Below, piece after piece: positions 50,001 through 64,000 of a stretch of 64,000 bases of DNA. This DNA comes from Leidyana gryllorum EB-2025a (Eukaryota; Protista; Apicomplexa). The translations under genes and the position numbers were made by a program. The stretch spans positions 1-64,000 of the forward strand of contig JBLWGC010000208.1 in NCBI GenBank assembly GCA_048772705.1. Reading direction: 5' to 3'. How positions within the stretch are numbered: position 1 is the first letter of the stretch; each line of letters begins with the position of its first letter. A model generated the notes under the pieces. It did not search any database, was not told the origin of the DNA, and worked only from the letters and a program-made list of their open reading frames with translations.

Positions 50001-51794
50001 AAATTGATTCTCGTCCTCAAGAAACCATTTAGTCAAGTCATCACTCACGTCCAGATCACCCGACTTCCAAACGTCGAGCCATTGAAGATATATTTCGCAA
50101 ACCTGAACTTCGTAATCCATCAAAAGTCTTCTGTGAAGCTTCCCATCGCTCAGAGAACTGTCACCCCCGAGTCCTTTTTGCAGAGTTCTTTTGATCGCAG
50201 TGTGAGACGCCAGAACACTGGTCAGACCAGCAGCCTGGGGCGCCTGTGCAGCCAGCCACGCCAATCGAGACAGCCCACGGCAAATTGAGCAGAACGTCTC
50301 ATCCAAAGTCACCAGCGCTGGCGGGACCAGTGGGGCTCCCCGCTCGCTTTGCCACGGTCCAAGCAGTGGGCACACCTGATTGACCAAACTCTGTAGTATC
50401 CCTTCCTTGGACTTCATCTGTGCGAGCATTCGCTTGAGAGTGTGGCGTTGTCTCTTTCCGCGGCGCCATACACCCTGAAAATCAACACATTCGTGGGTCT
50501 CCTGCTCCTTTTCCGGGGGGAAGAAATGCGAACGATTCTCGCCCGGCGACTGATTGTCCTTCTCTGAAGGATGCAAAGGGCCCGACTCAGTCGACAAGTT
50601 GGAGGAGAGCCCAGCCGACTTTTCCGCACTTTGCGCCGACAATTTCTGAACCATAGTCTAAGATTGAGTAAAGGGCAGTACTCACCTCTATAAGCAGATC
50701 GCCCTTCATGACGAGCTCGGCTATTCTTATGTTCCGCTGCCTCGCGGCTTCCTGCATTCCTCGTAAAAACCCCACCAAGTCTTCTAATGCGGTCCTTAGC
50801 GGTACGCAAACGTCTTCCATGAAGGTCTTGGATACATATACACCATAACCCACGACCAGTAGTAAAATCGCCGACTGCACAGATGGATAGTGGGAGTGAA
50901 TAGAGCAGTGGCATTCCATATTTCTCACGGCGAATGAGCTTTCGACTGTGTGGTGTTGCTTCATCGCATTGAGATAATGCTCTTGAGCCCATGCACATTC
51001 TCCCAAGAGACTGAGGAGCTTTTGTGCCTTGTCGCTCGATACGGCGTGGAGTGGAGACAGGGCGGAGGTCGAGGCCACGCCCAGAGGCGGGGCCGGACTG
51101 ATCGCGATCTCGGGCTCTAAAGCATGTCGCAGGTTGCTTAGGGCTTGAAGGTAGTTCTCCTGGAGACAGCGTTGGTCACAATCGGTCTTCCGCTTACGCG
51201 ATACTGAACAAAGATTTCTTGAGACGTCCGGAGGAGAGCACGAGGCTCCTTGAGATGTTTGCGAAGCCGGCCAACCGCACTCTCGGGATCCGAACGCACA
51301 GTTGGCGTAGCGGCCATCATTTCGAGTAATTTGTCCAACAAACCGGTGCATCTGAGCTCGTCACTGGTTTGGGTCAAAACTTCTCTATTGACGAGGTCGA
51401 GAATGGTGTCCTGTAATTGTACCATTGGTCCCATTAGGCCTCCGACTGTCTGATCAATGCTGGCACGTCTCTCGAGCGAGGACGACATGTTGTCCAAGTC
51501 GGTCGCGTATGCGGCATAGAGGCCGCCGAAGTTGGAATTTGCGTCATTCGCAGCGACTCCGTTGTCGACACTATGGCGATCATTGGTGCTGAGGCACGTG
51601 GTGGAGTCATCCTGGACGAGGCTGACTGCCCGACTTAGTGATTTTCGATGTTTGTTACTGGGTGCACGATGCGCCTGACCGAGAATCTTGGCAACACCTC
51701 TGACTCGTGCAGAGTGTTGCGCCTGGGCTATTGAAACATCGGCAACTAGCTCCAGGAAGCTCTCGACAGCATCACAAGGGGGGCGCATCGACAT
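47012..51794 (-). CDS. GRAM + VASt (StART-like) lipid-transfer protein with C-terminal TM; N-terminal exons may be a separate gene
   Basis: FLCALVGKILLQGKLYVTTTAIGFYSAF (GRAM), GIPFADKF..VKWL (VASt), terminal hydrophobic helix. Confidence 0.72.
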
Positions 51795-51970
51795 TTATGA
51801 GCGATACCTTGCGGGAAGGACCTTTCAAGTCCCCCACGAGTTTTTCGGAAGTCAAGTTTCACAGCTACAATCTATGCAGTTCTCTCTCTATATATGGAGA
51901 CCCAGTGGTCCATGAAGAATAAAGTTTCTCTTGCGAACAGCTATGGTGGAATTTGTGAGGAATCCCACCC

Positions 51971-52532
51971 CTATCCATTTCGGGCTCGGAGTTTGATGCC
52001 CAAACTGAGATCCAATGAGCAGTCCCCATCATCGACGAAGAATGTAACTATGGCAATGAGAGCTGCCAGTAACGAGAAGGCGGCACATATTATGCCCATA
52101 CCCCCATTGTAGCCAAAATTGCCGAATAATGCCATGATAACAAGAAAGCACTATCAAATTGGGGAGACATGTGTGACCACATATGGCGTGCTTACTCCGT
52201 ATCGCGAAAAGCTTTTTGTCATCCATTTGAGACAAGGGAATTGCTTGAAGTGGCACATGGTAGCCATCGCACCAAAAACAAAAGGGGACCAAATGTCGAC
52301 TGCTCGACACCATACCAATGGGTCTTTGTTAACTGCACTCACCAAATCGATCTGGGATAAAGGTGAAGAGTGGATGACGCCAGTTGTCTCTGGCGAACGA
52401 ATCCTCATGGAACCTCTTCGGCACCTCCAGACTCGCGTCTACACGGAAAATGTGTATGAACCCCAGCACCCAAGCGAGGACCCCGGCTATCAAGCCGATC
52501 CATTTGGTGACGGTTTGTAGTTCTTTTGACAT
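51971..52532 (-). CDS. Small multi-pass membrane protein (paralog 1)
   Basis: KWIGLIAGVL, VDIWSPFVFG, ALFGNFGYNGGMG; aligns to the divergent neighbour. Confidence 0.75.
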
Positions 52533-52627
52533 GCTGGCAGTGGATCGCCAGAACAATGCTCCCCAGTGCACGTCTTTTTTTGTGTGTGCTTGGTGCGGAC
52601 ACTTCTTTATAGCCCGCCGCTGACAAT

Positions 52628-53193
52628 ATGAAGAACGGGAGTACTCTGCAAGCTGCGGCCAAATGGGTTGGCCTTGTATCCTCAGTACTCACCGTCGCAT
52701 TGGGTGTGGTGCATATGATTGAGATCGAACCCAATCTGCACTGGCCGGACAGTGGATTCCTCCAGGATGTGAATGCAGGAAGCTGGAGGGGAGCTATGTT
52801 CTCTCTAGCGCCCAGTATTTTCGGTAGGTAGCGTTGACAAGTGTTTCGGTGCAAACGACCAATCCAGTGGATGTCTGGACTCCCTTCGTGATGGGGATGG
52901 CTGGTATATTGGCGCACTTCCCAGAGTCCGGAAAGATGTTTACATTCATTACATCCAATTTTCTTACATTCGGGGTACGCTCACTGAGTTCAAATGAATG
53001 TCTGTCCATTGCTGATTGTAGATTTACCATTTAGTGGTTGCTCTGTTTGCCAACTTGGCCTATAACGGAGGTGTCGGTATTGTATTTTCTTGTTTCTCTT
53101 TCCTTACAACGGTGATCGCTTGGGTTGTGTCCTACGCGGATGAGGACTGCGCCAGCCTGGAACTCAATCTTACCATCTCGCGCAGCTGAGTGA
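52628..53193 (+). CDS. Small multi-pass membrane protein (paralog 2)
   Basis: KWVGLVSSVL, VDVWTPFVMG, ALFANLAYNGGVG; introns at equivalent positions. Confidence 0.75.
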
Positions 53194-53426
53194 GTGAGTG
53201 AAGAGGCGGACAGCCTTTTTGTGTCGTCGAGCATAAGCTCTCAACGAAGGCAGTCCGTGGATACACACACATATACACACATATATACCGAACCATAGAG
53301 CAAGTCATCGTAGGATCGTGATCACCCGAGTTTATCCACTTATTTGCGTGCACATATGATGATGAGAGGGCCTGCCAAATCCAGCGGACCTCAGCCTCTC
53401 TTCTTGCCAAAACGATTAAGATGATA

Positions 53427-56400
53427 CTAAACAGCAGGTCTGCCTAAGTCACCAGCCTCCTGAATACGTCCCAGATGCTCAAAGTCGCCAATCAGAGCAT
53501 TCGCAAAGCCTTCTGTAACCGATGCGACCAAATTAAGACACGCCATTAACGGAGACAGCAGACAACGACAAAATCGCCATATCCCCCAGAGTAATATCTT
53601 CCAGCCATTCTCACCCCTGATTTTGCAATGAAAATGTACTGAAGCCTCTTTTGTTGTCAGCGCCTCACCTTTTTATCTGATGCCACGTCTGCACAACGAA
53701 TGACTTCCAAGGCCTCCAGAACAAATCCAGCCAAAAGCCTCGGAACCCAACACTGAATCCATCCACAATTCCGGAAGGTCGTGGTCGATATCCGCCGAGC
53801 GCTTTGTGCAGCAAGTTGCACATATGACTCACGAAGAAGAAGGTGCCGCCAAACACATGAATCAGCAGCACCACTGCGCCCAGACGTATGGCGGCGATGT
53901 CGGGAGAGAGCAATCCCATACGTCTGCTTTGCGAGACTTCAACTGTCACCAACTGTATCAGCGACATGCCACCCCGATATACGCCCATGATGGGAGCCAA
54001 TATATAGTTGAAGAATCCCACACTCAAAGAGATAGGAATATAGGACATGAGATAAGCGTGTTTCAGGCTGGCCACCAGCTCTGCCCATGTTGAGACGAAG
54101 AACGTCCGACGGACCTCTCTCACTTGAACAGCCTATCACACAGAATAGCGTTGCACCGAACAAAGAGAGCGGTTCCTTACCATATAGGGGGAGTCGAGTG
54201 GGAGGGCGTCCACAATCCACAATATATCTCGGTTGATCTTTTGACCAGATGTTCTAATTGAGCAGGCGATTTCGATTGGGGAAATGTTGAACTTCTGGAA
54301 GTAGACGGCATGAGTGTCCTTAAGTTCACTCCATCGAGGGCTGACAGATGCGAGAATGGGAGAGAAAGATCCAGCAGGGGATATATAGATGGACTTTCTC
54401 AACCTTTTGAAATTCAGCTCTGTTAGTTTCCGTAATTCTTTCACTGTGTGTAATACCGGAGGCTTCACCACACTCTTCAGTGTCTTCGAAGCCACCTCGT
54501 AATCGTGTGACTCGTCTTCCACCACTTGGGCACTGTCTTGCCGAAGATAGCGACCGACTTCCTCGCCAATGAGATATCGGGTGGTCGAGCTTCCCATGGA
54601 CGGAGACGCAACAAGTGACTTCTCCCGCTCAAACAGCGCTACAATCTGCTCGAGTACGGCCATTTCTAGATTGATCAGAAGCGGACTGATGTGGACCTGA
54701 GATCGCGCATGACGGGATTAGAAAAACCCTCTCAACAACGACTCACCGAGATTTGATCATACACAGAGGCATGAGTGGGATCCAACAAGTGCTTATTGAG
54801 AGCAACAAAGACTGCTGAATTGTTGGGGGCCCTCATCCGCGGCGACATGCTCGCGCTCAGAAATGCTTCAACTTCTGCAACAGCCTCGTCGTCTGGACTC
54901 AATGGCCCTTCCTTGGTCGGCTTCTCTCGCAGTATTCCACCTCCTACCGGCGCGCTCTTCACCAAGACGGGCACGTCCCCCTCCACAAAGTGGTCGCAGT
55001 GAATGACACCCAACGATATGTCTATTTTCAACACTCCGTTCAACAATAGCGCCTGCATCATCTCTTGGATTCGGTGGGATTGTTGTTCCCGCAACTCCGC
55101 CAGTCTAACGGGATCCGAGGTCGCATACTTTGGAATTTGAGCCATCTTGATCATCTGTCCCTCGGGAGCTTCGTCTGTCAACTGCAGACTTCGCCTCCGC
55201 CGGCCCGTAAATCTAACCCGCACAGCGCTCAATGGCTTCCGTTTGCGGGTCACTGAAAACTGCCGACTATCCTCGTCCTCAGCCTGCATCACAGGATGGC
55301 CACTCAGCCAAGCGGGTGTCTGACGAGGGCGTAGGCTACCCGACACAAAGAAATCGGTGAGGTGCATCGCTACGACATACGATCCTCTGTGACTCCACGT
55401 GATTCGTATCCGATCCAATACGGCTTCCCATCGCAGTCTCACGAACGGCAACTGCACTCCGCCTCGAGCCTTCATCACCTCATCACTTGACCCCTGAACT
55501 TGACCACGACGGATGTTCTCCACCACTGCTCTGCTGTCCACCAAGTGGAGGATTCGGGTACCTTCTTTATTGACAGTTAATAAGCCATATACGGCAGTCT
55601 TCCCCTCCAGAATCTCAATCTCTTCTGCACGCGGACGCCGGGGACTCAGACGCGACAAAGCTGACACTTTTTGCCCATGAGAATACTCTCTGGTCAAAGT
55701 GCCCATAGGAGACGCCGTTGCTCGTAGAGCGTTAACGTCTAAACGCTGAGGCGCTTGAATGGGCTCGTACTCCATCACCACAACATCATTTTTGACCGAC
55801 ACCAACGAATGGACGTGCCACTTGGAATTCTTGGCATGTGGGAGCATAACGCTGGCAGTGACCCGATCCTCTTCTCCTGGTGTAGCGAAATGCACCAAGC
55901 CTGAGCCCGGTGCAACTTGAATGGGAGGTCCATCATCTCCGCGTTTGAGCCACGTCAACAGGTTGGCTTCATTAGTGCTCTCGCCAATGGGGTACAGTAG
56001 ATTCTCGCCCGGCCGCCATCGCCGCGTTCTTTTCTCTCGTTGCACTCTCAACGTGTTCTTCATATCCTTAACGTGGCGTGATTCCCGATTGTCGTATCCG
56101 TCGGCTGATGCCTTGCAGAGGATAGTTTGACTGGTCATATTCCGAATAAGAAAGTGGGGTGACGTTGGCAAACTCAAAATGAACCAGAGGCCAGCCATCG
56201 AATAGGATCCGGATGACTTGACCCCTCGGAACTGTGAGCTCACCACATTCACCTGCAATATAACGCCCTGGTCGTTCCCATATCCCCGGTAACTGAGAAC
56301 ATCACAAAAGCGGATGAGATGGGACCAGATACCACCAAAGCCACTTACTCTTTGAGTTGCAGCTGCATCACAGTCGGGACAGTGGTAGTTTGCAGTGGGA

Positions 56401-59400
56401 ACGGCCGAGTCGCAAATGGAAGAGACGGGGAGAAGCATAAGGCATGACTGCGGCTTGTGTGGAGTACTTGCGTCTCATTGGGACGAATGAGTATCGGGCT
56501 TTCGAGAGGTGGCTCACTCCCTCGACCGGGAGTCTTTTTGAACGTCGTCGGGGCCACACACAGGCTGAAGGGAAGACGAGAATAGACACAGTAGTATGGG
56601 GTCAGCGACACGATTTTGGTGTCGCTGAAAGGGGGCTCGGCACTGTGCACAATCATAGCGAATGCCAATGCTCGAGGCAAATCGGTTGCCGGGACCATTC
56701 CTGATACTCTTTCACTCCGCCGGGAAGCTGTGGTCGCTCTCGTCTGAGTGGGCAACTGGGACGATGAGTATTGTGAATCAGTCGTCATGGGATAGGGCAG
56801 ATTAGGAGTCTTCGAGGTGGGAACCCAACTCAACGAGGGATCCCTCTCTGGGTAGGGTGCGCTGACTCCATGGGCTGTATCATTCGCCACTTGACTCTCG
56901 AACAATGGCCTGGAGAACAGCCCCCCTGCCGTGATGCCCGGTTTGTGCTCCTCGATACGCGGCGGTTTGAGTCGAGCCGTACTGCGAGCGGAATTAGTCG
57001 GATGATGAGCACTAAGATCGAGCCATATCGCTGGCCTCAGCTTGCTCGGATTGCCCGCAAAGTCGAGCTTCGGGGACATTGCAGTGAAACATGGCTCTCT
57101 CGTCAGAGGGTGTTGCTGCACAGCGCTAATACGATTCGCTCGTAAATCCTCTTCTGTCAAGAAAACTCGGCTGAGTGGGGGTACGGGAGCTCCGCCAACG
57201 ATCATAAGAGTGTCGGGAGTCGTGTTCTCCACCATATAGGGGGCTATGACAGCGATGTGTCTCCTGCTGCTTTGCACTCCCAATGCGAAGTTTCTGAAGT
57301 AATTAGCGGGATTGCTCTTTCGTCCACTCCGCCGTGTCGAACTTGGCAGGGGGGCGCCAGCAACACGGGTACTCCTCCTTGTCTGAGCACGAGCTGAAGT
57401 CGCCGGGGTTGTGGTTCGGTGACCCCCCGCAACGTTGTCCAAGAGATCACAGGCGTGTTGAACCGCGGGAGAGAAGACGGCATCGACCTTTGACAGCTCT
57501 GTGGTGAGCTTTTGAGTCATAGTGTCGGCACCATACAGCCACAGTGCTAAGGGGGTACGAGACGTGTAAGTGATCAGTGGGGGTGGTGATGGATGGCCGT
57601 CATCGTCCCCAACAGACATTGCCTCCGAGTTTCCTGTAGTGATCACCGACCCGCTGCTCACAGGGATGAAGGCACTGGGACCATCCATTTCGTATGTGCC
57701 CGCTTGACCAACGGTCTGAAGATATCGCACGGTATCTTCCACCAACAGATTCACCCGCGCGGTTTGTTTCCGAGTCCCAGTCAGGATTGCCTCCAGCGCT
57801 ATTTGACGCAACTGTTGTTGCTCGATCGCCAGATTCTTCGAGTGCGACACCGCGCCGAACTTGGCTGGCACGATTGCATCTGCAAAGCCCGCCACAGGCG
57901 GACCGTGGATGGAGACATGCAGATCAATACCAGGAGTCGCAAGCGGAATACCCTGAACAAAGATTAGCAACGCCGCGCAAGAAGCACTCACCCAGGACCA
58001 ATTTGTTGGAATAGTGGCATAGACTGGTCGCCCATTTTGAAGACGAAGAAGTTCGATATGCGTAACATGACTGACCAAATCCTCCGGACGCACTCGTCGC
58101 AGATTGACTGTTCTGTTTCTCGATTTTTCCTCTCGTTGTGCTCTCGATGCCCGTTTTCTGAACTGCTTCTCAGTGGACCCGGCTGCGGCCTGAATCTTTG
58201 GAGCTAAGCAAACGGTAATGGGGTACGGCAGTAAATTCTGGAAGGTCAAGAACGGCTCCAGACGAATAACGTATCTTGAACACAGCTCTGACAACTGATT
58301 GGTGGCGATGTCGAATACTTTGACACTGCTCGAGATTGCCAATCCCCTCTTGAAAGTGATCGTTGCCACTGTCGACAAGAGTTTTGATAACCGTTTCGAT
58401 AACACATTCTCAACCGCCCGCTGCGCTTGATCCAGTGCCATCAAGTTAGATTGTGCTTCCAGATGCATAAGTAGTGAGTGGAGCTGCCGGAACTGTTTGG
58501 TGGTTCTGCCGAGCGCGACCGCTCCTCCTGAAAGTGCGCCAACATTATTATTGACACAATGCACATCCACAAAACTCACCAGCGTCACCGGTCCCTATCC
58601 GGGACCCTCTCTTCCCATAGTCAGCCATTTCTATGGGGAGTATAGGAGTCAAAGTCAAGTGATGACCTCTCGGGTCATCAAACCACGACAGAGGTACCGA
58701 TACTTTGCCCACCGGATCCACCCGGATACTGTACGGAGGCTCTCGATCGGCGCGTCGTCGTGTCGATCGGGCACTAGCAATGGAGTTGAAACTTCTTCTG
58801 CCACCAGGGGATGGCCGCAGAGGAGATGTTCTGCCGGTCCCTCTCGCTTGTCCGCCCTGGATAGCCGGGTGATCCCAGTATTCTTCATCCAACTCCAATG
58901 CGGATTGACCGCGTCCCAACACAGTGCGATCTCTGAGTCGAAGCAGGAATTGTCCAACTGGGCCGGGTACATTCTCGACGCGCAGATGCAACAAAGCCTG
59001 TGCGAGATCTTTAAATCGGTTCTTGCGGGGTCGGCAAGTCAATAGCATTGGGAAAGACGTCATATTCTCGACTTGGATACACGTGCCGACGAAGAGGGCC
59101 TTTTCGGGCAAGTCGGAATTCGGAGGCGGAGTCACCCTTTGTGACTCTACGATTATATGTTGACCCATCTATAGACGATAGAATCAATTATCAGATTTCA
59201 CATCACTTACATCTTTGGTCTGATACCCCCGTGTCCCTTCCGAACTCATCTTCAGCTGCCCACAACTCAGCCATCCTTCTGTCGCCTTGAAGAGACGGTC
59301 AGCCAAATGCACATTGCTTAACGCATCGACCTTATTCCGTAGCAGAAAAGGAGCATCTTCAATCAGTGTCTCGAGCATATTCTCCACATGACGAGTTGTG

Positions 59401-62400
59401 GACATCAGATAGTCATTCTGGTTATCAATCAAAGCACGCCGGTAGGGTCGGTTCTGCATAGAAGCATTGTTTGGGCGACATCAATGCAGCCACGATAGCT
59501 TACCTTCTCAACAGCTGCGCGCGAAGCGTCTCTGATATCCTCTTGACCATTTCCTTGGGCCATTCGGACGACCTCCCGCAGTTCCGGATCCTCAGCTAAC
59601 AGCTTAGCGAGATTGAGGAATTGAGGTGAGCCCAGAGACTGCAAGTCAGCGTATAGATTCTTGACATGCTCAACCTTCTGAATCTTTTGTCTCAACTGTA
59701 CTTCGTTGTCTGAGGCGTCGTCATCATGAGTGTCTTCGACAGCGGCATTCGACTCTCTTTGGTCGTAGACCGACTTTCCGAGGCGTCGTGGAGGCCGTTC
59801 GTTGACTTCAATCACAGCATCACCGGGATTCGCTGACGAGTCTAACAGGGCTCTGTGGTCGGAGAATTCGACCGAGTCGCTCAGCACCTGATCGATCTGC
59901 AGCTGGTAATGAGGGGCTCGTAGTTTGATAGCTTTGTTGGGACTCAGTTCCTGTCTCAGTACGCTAAAGTGCACTGTGGCCGTAACGTCCTCCGCGAGGA
60001 ACTGATGACGGTTCAAGATACAGTATCCCTTGCAGCCCCGTGGGGTCTGAGGCCCCCCTCGGTGATCCACAGACTCTGCAGGCCAGTCACTGCGGCTCAA
60101 TATGCCCCCACCTTCGCTTGGGCTCCCCATAGTCATTGCTCTGTTCCGGCTGAAAGCAGAGGCTTCTGCCCCCCCTTTCGCCGATGCGAATCTCGTCAGC
60201 CCGCCGTGCGCAACTCCAGTGCTTCTTTGCTCGCTCGAGAGAACTACGAGTCCGAGAGGGGCTCCCGTCTCGTTCACAATGAGCGTTTGATCCTCTCGTT
60301 TGTTCATCTGGAGATTGTTCAAGGTGAGATGCATTCCTTCTTGTGTGGAGCGGAGTACTCGAACCAGACTTTGCAGCAGCCCCGCCAACACTATCACATG
60401 GATCGGGCTGACGTGTACTCGGATGTCCAGTGTGGGGAGATAAAGTTTGTTCTGGGTGTGTGGAACCCTTCTGGCCATCTCGACATCTATGAACAGAGGA
60501 TCGATCATCTCTTCACTCTTGTTGGCCAACGAGTTCCATCCAAAGAGACGAGCCTCGATGAGTAATGTCATTTGAGAGTCGCCCACGAGCGGTAATGGGC
60601 CTTGCACGCTGACTTTGGGTAGACGGAGTCTCAGAGCTGTAATGTCACCATGCTGCAGAGCAAAGTCGATCTGCTCCAGTGTCACCGAGACGGAGTAGAT
60701 TATAGTCTTCACGTCTCTTCCACACACCCAGTCGTACAGAACCCGTCCGGGGAACTTTTGACTCCTGCGCTGCACCAAAGTGTGCCCGTACTCTTCCTCG
60801 ATGACTCTCTTGGCAACATGATTCTTCCTCGAGTTGTCTGCGTTGTCACCACGTAGCCCGTATTTTGTCTCCATGAGAATGCGGCCGAGATTTCGTGCCT
60901 CCTCCAGAGCCTTCATGTCGCGGTTGGCTTCCTCTCCGTTGAGAGGTTTGGATACGATGCCGAAGAAGAGCTCGTCACTCGGTATCGCACCATCACGCAT
61001 TGTCGTGTAGTGGCCGTATCCATCTAATGCTGAGGCTCCCCCATACAGAGCCCCAGTGGCATTCGACATTTCCTCATATTCGCTTGCGCTGCTTCCCCCA
61101 TTGTGTGTGTGCAATGTGGGCTCGCGGGCGTAGTTCGTCCGATAATCGTCTCCGATTTCGCCGGGACTGTGCTGTATTGACGCGGCGGTAGCAAAGATGT
61201 CATAGTGAACGGAGCTCTCCTGACTTTGGGGGGCGTGGGCAGTGCTTTCACGGTGACTGTCGGAGTGGTGGAATGGGGTTTCTTGGCCAATCTCTTCCAC
61301 GCGCTTAGTGACAAAGTGCCACGAGCTCATGGAGTGCATAAAGCGTCTCTGATACTGACCCGCCATCTCCTGCAATTGATAAAAGAGCGCCGTCGAAGCC
61401 GATAGTCGAGTTTCAGGGCAACTGAAAGTCACGGGGCACAGCAGATTCTCCTTGTAGAACTGTATTTCCGGACTATCGATTGGATAACGAATGGATTCAT
61501 ACACTGCAGGGATGGGTCGGAAGCGACTACGTGCCTTCTTCTGCTTGTCGCCCTTATCGTTCCAACATCTTCTCAGTTGGAATTCGAGAGTGGCTTTGTT
61601 GACTTTGAATACCGTATCATCCATAGCCGCAGCTGGTCCATGATCCAAACAAGTCAGCCATTTGCTGGTTATCTTCTGTCCAGTGAAACCCATAAGGAAC
61701 GGACTGCTCCCAACGGACTTGTCATCGAACGAGGGGGCGCCCACGGCCATGAAGGAAGACAATCTTCCAAACCCCTGAACCTCGTCATCGTCAAATTGCC
61801 CCACTCGGGCACCCCCAGAGAAGAAGAATACGAAGGTCAACTCGGAAGGACTTGGAATCAATGTAGCGCGATGTCTGCTGGACTCGGCCTCGTCTGGTAG
61901 ATCTAAGGTCAGCGATAGCTTTTTCTCAGCTTTGGGGTCTTGGAGTGTTGTGGGCAAATTATGGCTCAGCTGCACAAATCGGCGCGGGTTGAAGCGGAAG
62001 GGTCGCGGCTCATCGAGCAGCGATGTGCGGATAACACTCCGACTCGGTAAGCGAACGGGCATAGATTGAAGGAGTGTACTGCTGGCGTCTTCCGCAGAAC
62101 GCTTCTTTTTGCCATCTCCGCATTTGCAGCATCCAGTGGCATTCTCGTTCTCATGGGAAGAGGCACCGCCCCAAATATTCTCGTCCAAATCATCCCATTC
62201 CATCTCCGCGTTGGGATCCCCGAGATAGAACATACTGGCCGACCCCCGATGGTTGGAGGAAGTCGGTGCTCGACGCCGTACCCCTTCGTCCGTTACATCT
62301 TCCACAGAGGAGGACTCTGACAGAGACTCGGAAGAGCTTTCGGCTTCTTTGTCTGTGGCCACATCAGTTCCCGCTTCCGTTCGGTCAGGCTTAGCCTCAT

Positions 62401-64000
62401 GCGTCATTATGTCGAAGGTCGTCGTGCTGACCCCTCGGGCGAATACCTGTGCGTACCGAGTTTGAATTCGGTCACACTGGGAGTCCGCAGAGAGCATCCT
62501 GGTGGCTACGTCCCACGTCGCACCCAATCGAGGCCCAATGGCGAGCCTTCGCGCACGGGCTTCAGAGGTCCAGTGGTACATCCAGAACTCTATCCCTTGC
62601 AAGAAGAGCTCTACCTCCAGGCGTGCCTGGTAAAGCGGCCCTTGTTGGGAGACACGAGCGCCGCCACCCGATGACACTTTGCCCTGCTTTCTGACTGGTG
62701 TCGGTCCGTTGTCGGGAGAGCCCGCTGCTCGATAGGACAACGGAGGATCTGAATTTCGGACGCCGGATTCCTTGGTGAGAGGCCGGAGCTGGATGTTGAA
62801 AGCATCGATGCAAACGGTGGCGAGATCAAATTGAGGGGGTATGGGAACCTCCGGCTCGCTGATTCCAATTTCTAGGGTCCTGCCCGTGGTGGCCTCCAGT
62901 TGAGTGGTCCCGAGTGCTTGAGTCCCGACCGGAACCCATCGACAATCCTCATAGCGAGCGTGTGGGCCGAATTCTCGGAGAAAGTTTGGCTGTGGTCCAA
63001 TGGCGGTGGGGGTCTGCAGACCGTTGAGAACGTAATAGAAGCTTTGTCCCACGTTACTGATATCCTCCAGGGCCGTGGGGTCCAATTCTACACGCAGATC
63101 ACTGAGATACAGCTTTCCTGCAGTATAGCTCGGAGAGGAGATTTGGAGACAGAGGAATGGAGGATTCGGCCCGTCGTTTATGGGCGGCACTCTGGTGCTC
63201 CCACGCCTGCTTTCTGCCGCAGCAGCAGCTGTGGGACTGCCTATGGAGCGAGCTCGGCGGAAGTTTGTCCCAGCTGATGCTCTCGGTTCCGCCCGTGATG
63301 TATTCACCGTCATGGGAGTGTGATCTGCAGACCGCAGATTCTCTCCGACCGTATGCGCCGGGGACGCTGGAGCTGTTTCAACAGGCAGAATTACTTCGCA
63401 TTTCCGGGATAATATTGGAAGTTGTTCGCGATCTTCCAGCAATACATCAGCAATTGTAACACGCACCAATGATTTCCCGGGTAAGGTCTGTCCGGGGCCA
63501 TTATGTGTTGCGGTAACAACTGCGCCGCTGGTGAGCATACAGAACGATATGTCGAACAGACGAAGACGCACCACCCTCTGCCACCGCGCATACTGAAAGG
63601 CACTCTTCTTTGATGGGAATATGAAATATCCGGACTTGTTGGCTCCAATGAGTGGAATATGTTCTCCGCGATCGCTGCAGGCTTTGCTGGAGGACAGAGC
63701 AGTCTTCGACATATGTCGCAATGCCCCTCCGTCGGCATCTATTCCCACCCGGGCGCCAATCTCGTCCAGCTGCCAGTGTGCGACATCGACAGTGATCGAG
63801 GGTATGGAAGCTCGCCACAATACTCTATCCGTTTGGTCGTGAGCGTTGCCGATTGTCGAGAGCCAGAAAGCCTCGAATTGTCGTGTGGCTTCATTTGATG
63901 CTCGATAAAGATGATGCATCATCCGTTCGTTTTCAGTCTTCAGGAAGCTCAAACTGCTTCTATCAAGAGTTTCACTCTGCGATCCGCTTGAGGGGACTAA
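53427..64000 (-). CDS. VPS13-like bridge lipid-transfer protein, 5' part outside the window (multi-exon)
   Basis: >3300 aa of tandem long ORFs; FQNLLPYPI (VAB-like), NISPIEIACS, LVASLKHAY, GIVDGFSVGFRG, SVTEGFANAL resemble the VPS13 C-terminus. Confidence 0.75.

Overview
Gene-dense eukaryotic DNA (~35-55 nt GT-AG introns, intergenic gaps often <50 bp). Gene content is most consistent with an apicomplexan/gregarine-like protist; this is inferred, not verified. The window has two zones. (1) 1-9131 is a repeat mosaic that looks subtelomeric. It holds pieces of a Ty3/gypsy chromodomain retrotransposon (integrase fragments, PPT, one complete 820-bp TGTAA...TTACA LTR), an ~11-bp satellite, a 43-bp minisatellite and a 1513-bp duplication. 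The LTR-derived pieces lie head-to-tail with variable 5' truncations. Eight junctions end at the same nucleotide (...ACCTGCACA|A), 50 bp inside the LTR end and directly after a conserved hairpin; two of these close 9-nt reiterations (ACCTGCACA). (2) About 165 bp after the last junction begins a divergent telomerase reverse transcriptase (TERT) gene. It is followed by RPL12, a coiled-coil protein, eIF2-alpha, a CLK/LAMMER kinase, Hsp110, a WS/DGAT, an ankyrin protein, a Myb/Reb1-like protein, LMBR1-like, a degenerate DHHC (DHDC), a membrane-anchored pseudo-phosphodiesterase, Rad9-like, ferredoxin, Cks1, a rhomboid, Aurora kinase, CPSF4-YTH, a GRAM/VASt protein, two paralogous small membrane proteins and a VPS13-like giant gene that runs off the window. 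Lead hypothesis: an LTR-retrotransposon RNA acts as a telomerase-like template (boundary hairpin plus 9-nt template, with frequent read-through) to build this chromosome end. No canonical telomeric repeats are visible, and I cannot confirm that the window is terminal.
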